Below, in pieces: positions 61,181 through 64,000 of a stretch of 64,000 nucleotides of DNA (positions are counted from its first letter, which is position 1; every line of letters starts with the position of its first letter). Made by a program: the position numbers and the translations under genes. The notes under the pieces were generated by a model. That model had not been told where the DNA came from. It saw nothing but the letters and a program-made list of their open reading frames with translations, and searched no databases. Source of the stretch: Dudresnaya verticillata (taxonomy: Eukaryota); assembly GCA_977862235.1 (NCBI GenBank), contig OZ374564.1, positions 620,001 through 684,000 on the forward strand, written 5' to 3'.

Positions 61181-64000
61181 TGTGGTGCAAGGGGGGTGAG
61201 CCCCTTTTTCGCTGAAAGCGGAGCAACAAATACGTCGACCGACGGAGAAACCGCCACCGGCGCTCACCACTGACGTTGGCGCGCGAACACGTCATCGATG
61301 GCTCACTGGGGCGCGCGCGCACACTGCGCGCCGCGCGCCACGCGGGCACTGTACGGTGATGGGCCGAAGTGGCGCCCCGGGGCACTGTGATACGGATCCA
61401 GATGGGATCCGGATCCAATATCCAGATTGGCTATCTGGATCGCCTGAGCTGTAAGATACGCGCCTGTAAGGCTGCGGGTGTTCGCATTGCTGGCCCGATC
61501 CGGATGGGATCGGGATCGGACAAGTATCGGATTAGATCCAAGGCGCACGCTCTACAGTATGCGCGCGCGCACGGCTGTAAGGCACACACGTCCACGTGTG
61601 CGTGTAAGCACCCACACAGGGGGTTGTACAGCAATCTGTCAGGCGCGCGGCTGCATGCGGTGGGTGATCTGTCAGGCGCACCTCGGGACGACACGTGTCC
61701 CGAGTTCCCGCGCTACGCATACACACCGCCGCCGCCGCATCGCCGTACTATATGTGGTGCAAACGTCACAGACGATAGACCGCCGAGCAGTTCGGGGCTC
61801 GGTGGGTAGCTGCGCCCTCGGCGATGGGTGGTCCCGCCGTGGGCGCCTTGTTGGTAGAGCAAAGGGACACGCCTTGGGCGGACTGTAGACGCCCGAGGCG
61901 GAAAGGAAGGGAAAAGGAAACAGAAAGGAAACAAAAGGGAAGCACGTCAAGGACGATGGTAGACGTGGAAGCACGGGAGGTAGACGCTTAGCCGTAGGCA
62001 GCGGTAGGGTACGCGCGTGCGGAACGGGGGAGTCTGGACCAAGACCGGCTTGTCCGGGGTTTACTCAGCGTCTCAGACGGATTACCTAATATACTACGTG
62101 AGTGACGGCGGCGGGCGCGGTGCGCGAGAACTCAGGGCGCGTGTCGCGTCGTCGAGCGTCTGACATGTCGTCGTCTCCATGCAGCCGCGCGCGCGGGAGC
62201 TCAGGAGTAGCTTACAGGCGCATGCGCGTAGCATTGCGGGTGATCCGGATTCGGATCCAGATCCCTGCCAGCATTGCTGGCGCGCGGCCATTACAGGCGC
62301 GCTCCTTACATCACTGTGGATCCGGATGCCGGATCTCGATGCCCCATCCGGATCCGATCCGGATCCGGGCCAAGCTTACAGGCGGGCGCCTTGCGCCCGG
62401 CCGATCGGGATCGTGCATCCGGATCTGGCCGTACAGTGGGCGCGTGCGCCGCGCCGCGCGGGGTAACGGCGGCCGTATGCCCGTGGGCCAATCGTCGGTG
62501 ACGTGTTCGCGCGCCAACGGCGGTGGACGTTCCGTCGGTGGACGTTGGCATATAATACGCTCAGAGCGAAAAAGGGGCAGCCCTCCCCTTGCACCACACT
62601 ATACTTAGGTAAGCCGTCCCAGACGTAACAGTAAACGCCCGGGCAAGCCGGCCTTGGTCCAGACTTCCCCGTTCTGCACGCGCGTACCCTACCGCTGCCT
62701 ACGGCTAAGCGTCTACCTCCCGTGCTTCCACGTCTACCATCGTCTTTGACGTGTTCCCTTTCTGTTTCCTTTTCCCTTCCTTCACACTTTCCGCCTCGGG
62801 CGTTTACAGTCCGCCCAAGACGTGTTCCTTTGCTCTACCAACAAGTCGCCCTCGGCGGGACCACCCATCGCCGAGGGCGCAGCTACCCACCGAGCCCCGA
62901 ACTGCTCTGCGGTCTATCGTCTCAGACGTTTGCACCACATCTGGTCTCCCGACCTAGAAATTGTGCTACGTTTCAACGAGTTACTCCGTCGTGCGACGTC
63001 CGACCCTCCGTCTTCAGACGTTTGTCGCTAATCGTCCACGACGTTCAAGCAACTCTACGATTGTATCATGGCCTCACGACCGCCACTGTCGCGAGGCCCA
63101 AGTTCAAGAAGACCGTCTTCGACGCCTGGGAGTGTACCCGCGTCAGAACGGTCGCTACAGCGGATGACAACGAGGTCTGGCGCCTCGTGAGCCCCGAGAT
63201 CGCGTCGGCGTTCCCGACGCTACCCCCGGGCCACGGCCACGCAGGCTCCCACGCGTCGTTTAACGGAGGAGAGTTACCTCCCCCGCCGACGCGCAACCCC
63301 GTCGTCGTCCGCACCTCAGTCCCCGAGGGATCGGCCCTCCGCACCTACCGCTCCTACGTTGACTCGGCTGATACAGTACAAGCGGAGCAACACGACGTCG
63401 TAGACGGAACACAAGCCGACATCGTCGAGGGACAACCGGAACTTCCGGATCAACCAACCATCCCCGTCAACGACGACCAAGGGCACTCCGCGGAGCGCAA
63501 CGTCGCTGACGAACCATTGACACACGGGGCATGTTGCCCCACTCCCCACGGCAGTGCCGGTTGTTCGCCGGCTAAGCCGAAGTCGCCAAGTCAAAGGGCG
63601 CAAGGGACGCCCGACCGGTCAACCTCCGAAAGCCATCCGCCAACGGCGTCACCCTCGGCCGTCCGCGTGAGTAACTTAACGATACCATGCGAACGGATCC
63701 GAGAGGTGTGCGTCTTGGAAGACGATTCTTTTCTCGCTAGGTTCGCCGGTTTGCTAGACGACAATGTCGGAGGAATCGCAAGTCGTCTACAGACGTTGTA
63801 AAAGGATCGGGACGGCGCCCTACACGGGCTTCGCTCCGATCTTTACCGTCTATTGACGAACCAAAACGCCCATGGCGAGGATATCCAGCCCCCGCCGGCA
63901 GTAAGCGTCCATTCGCACTCTGAGCTTAGCTCACGCGAACGCTTTCAGAGACTGGCAACTCGCTTAGAGCGTCTTGAATCCGCCAAGTGGCGCAACGGTC
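61181..64000 (+). mobile_element. Second Gypsy copy (variant 5' LTR 61181-62939, PBS, start of gag), running off the window end
   Basis: TGTGGTGCAA start; TTGCACCACA end at 62939; TCTGGTCTCCCGAC; 62940-64000 matches ~25917-26980, with a stop at 63799. Confidence 0.92.
61753..62598 (-). mobile_element. Gypsy solo LTR (846 bp) inserted in inverted orientation into the 61181 LTR, TSD CTATA
   Basis: Reverse complement of 25071-25916; CTATA at 61748-61752 and 62599-62603. Confidence 0.96.

Overview
Eukaryotic, repeat-dense window. A red-algal origin is my inference from the intronless NRT2 and the TE types and is not proven. One clear host gene, an intronless NRT2/NarK-family nitrate transporter (43555-44982), sits in an island surrounded by nested mobile DNA. 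Retroelements: a Ty1/Copia element (2553-9868, frameshifted) with further LTR copies, a 5'-truncated non-LTR RT, a full-length chromodomain-bearing Ty3/Gypsy element (25071-38479) with a long antisense ORF, and a second, partial Gypsy copy at the right edge. Removing these reveals at least 2-3 decayed copies of what looks like a large DNA-transposon family. Its ends are ~260-bp terminal inverted repeats with CAC...GTG termini (best pair 47396-47652 / 60575-60852). Its cargo is a DUF7869/Sola-like DDD transposase, a ParB/Srx-like + beta-class N6A/N4C DNA-methyltransferase fusion gene, and two or three unknown small protein families. One copy also carries a captured CASTOR/POLLUX-like channel fragment. 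All domain calls are by eye from motifs; no database search was run.
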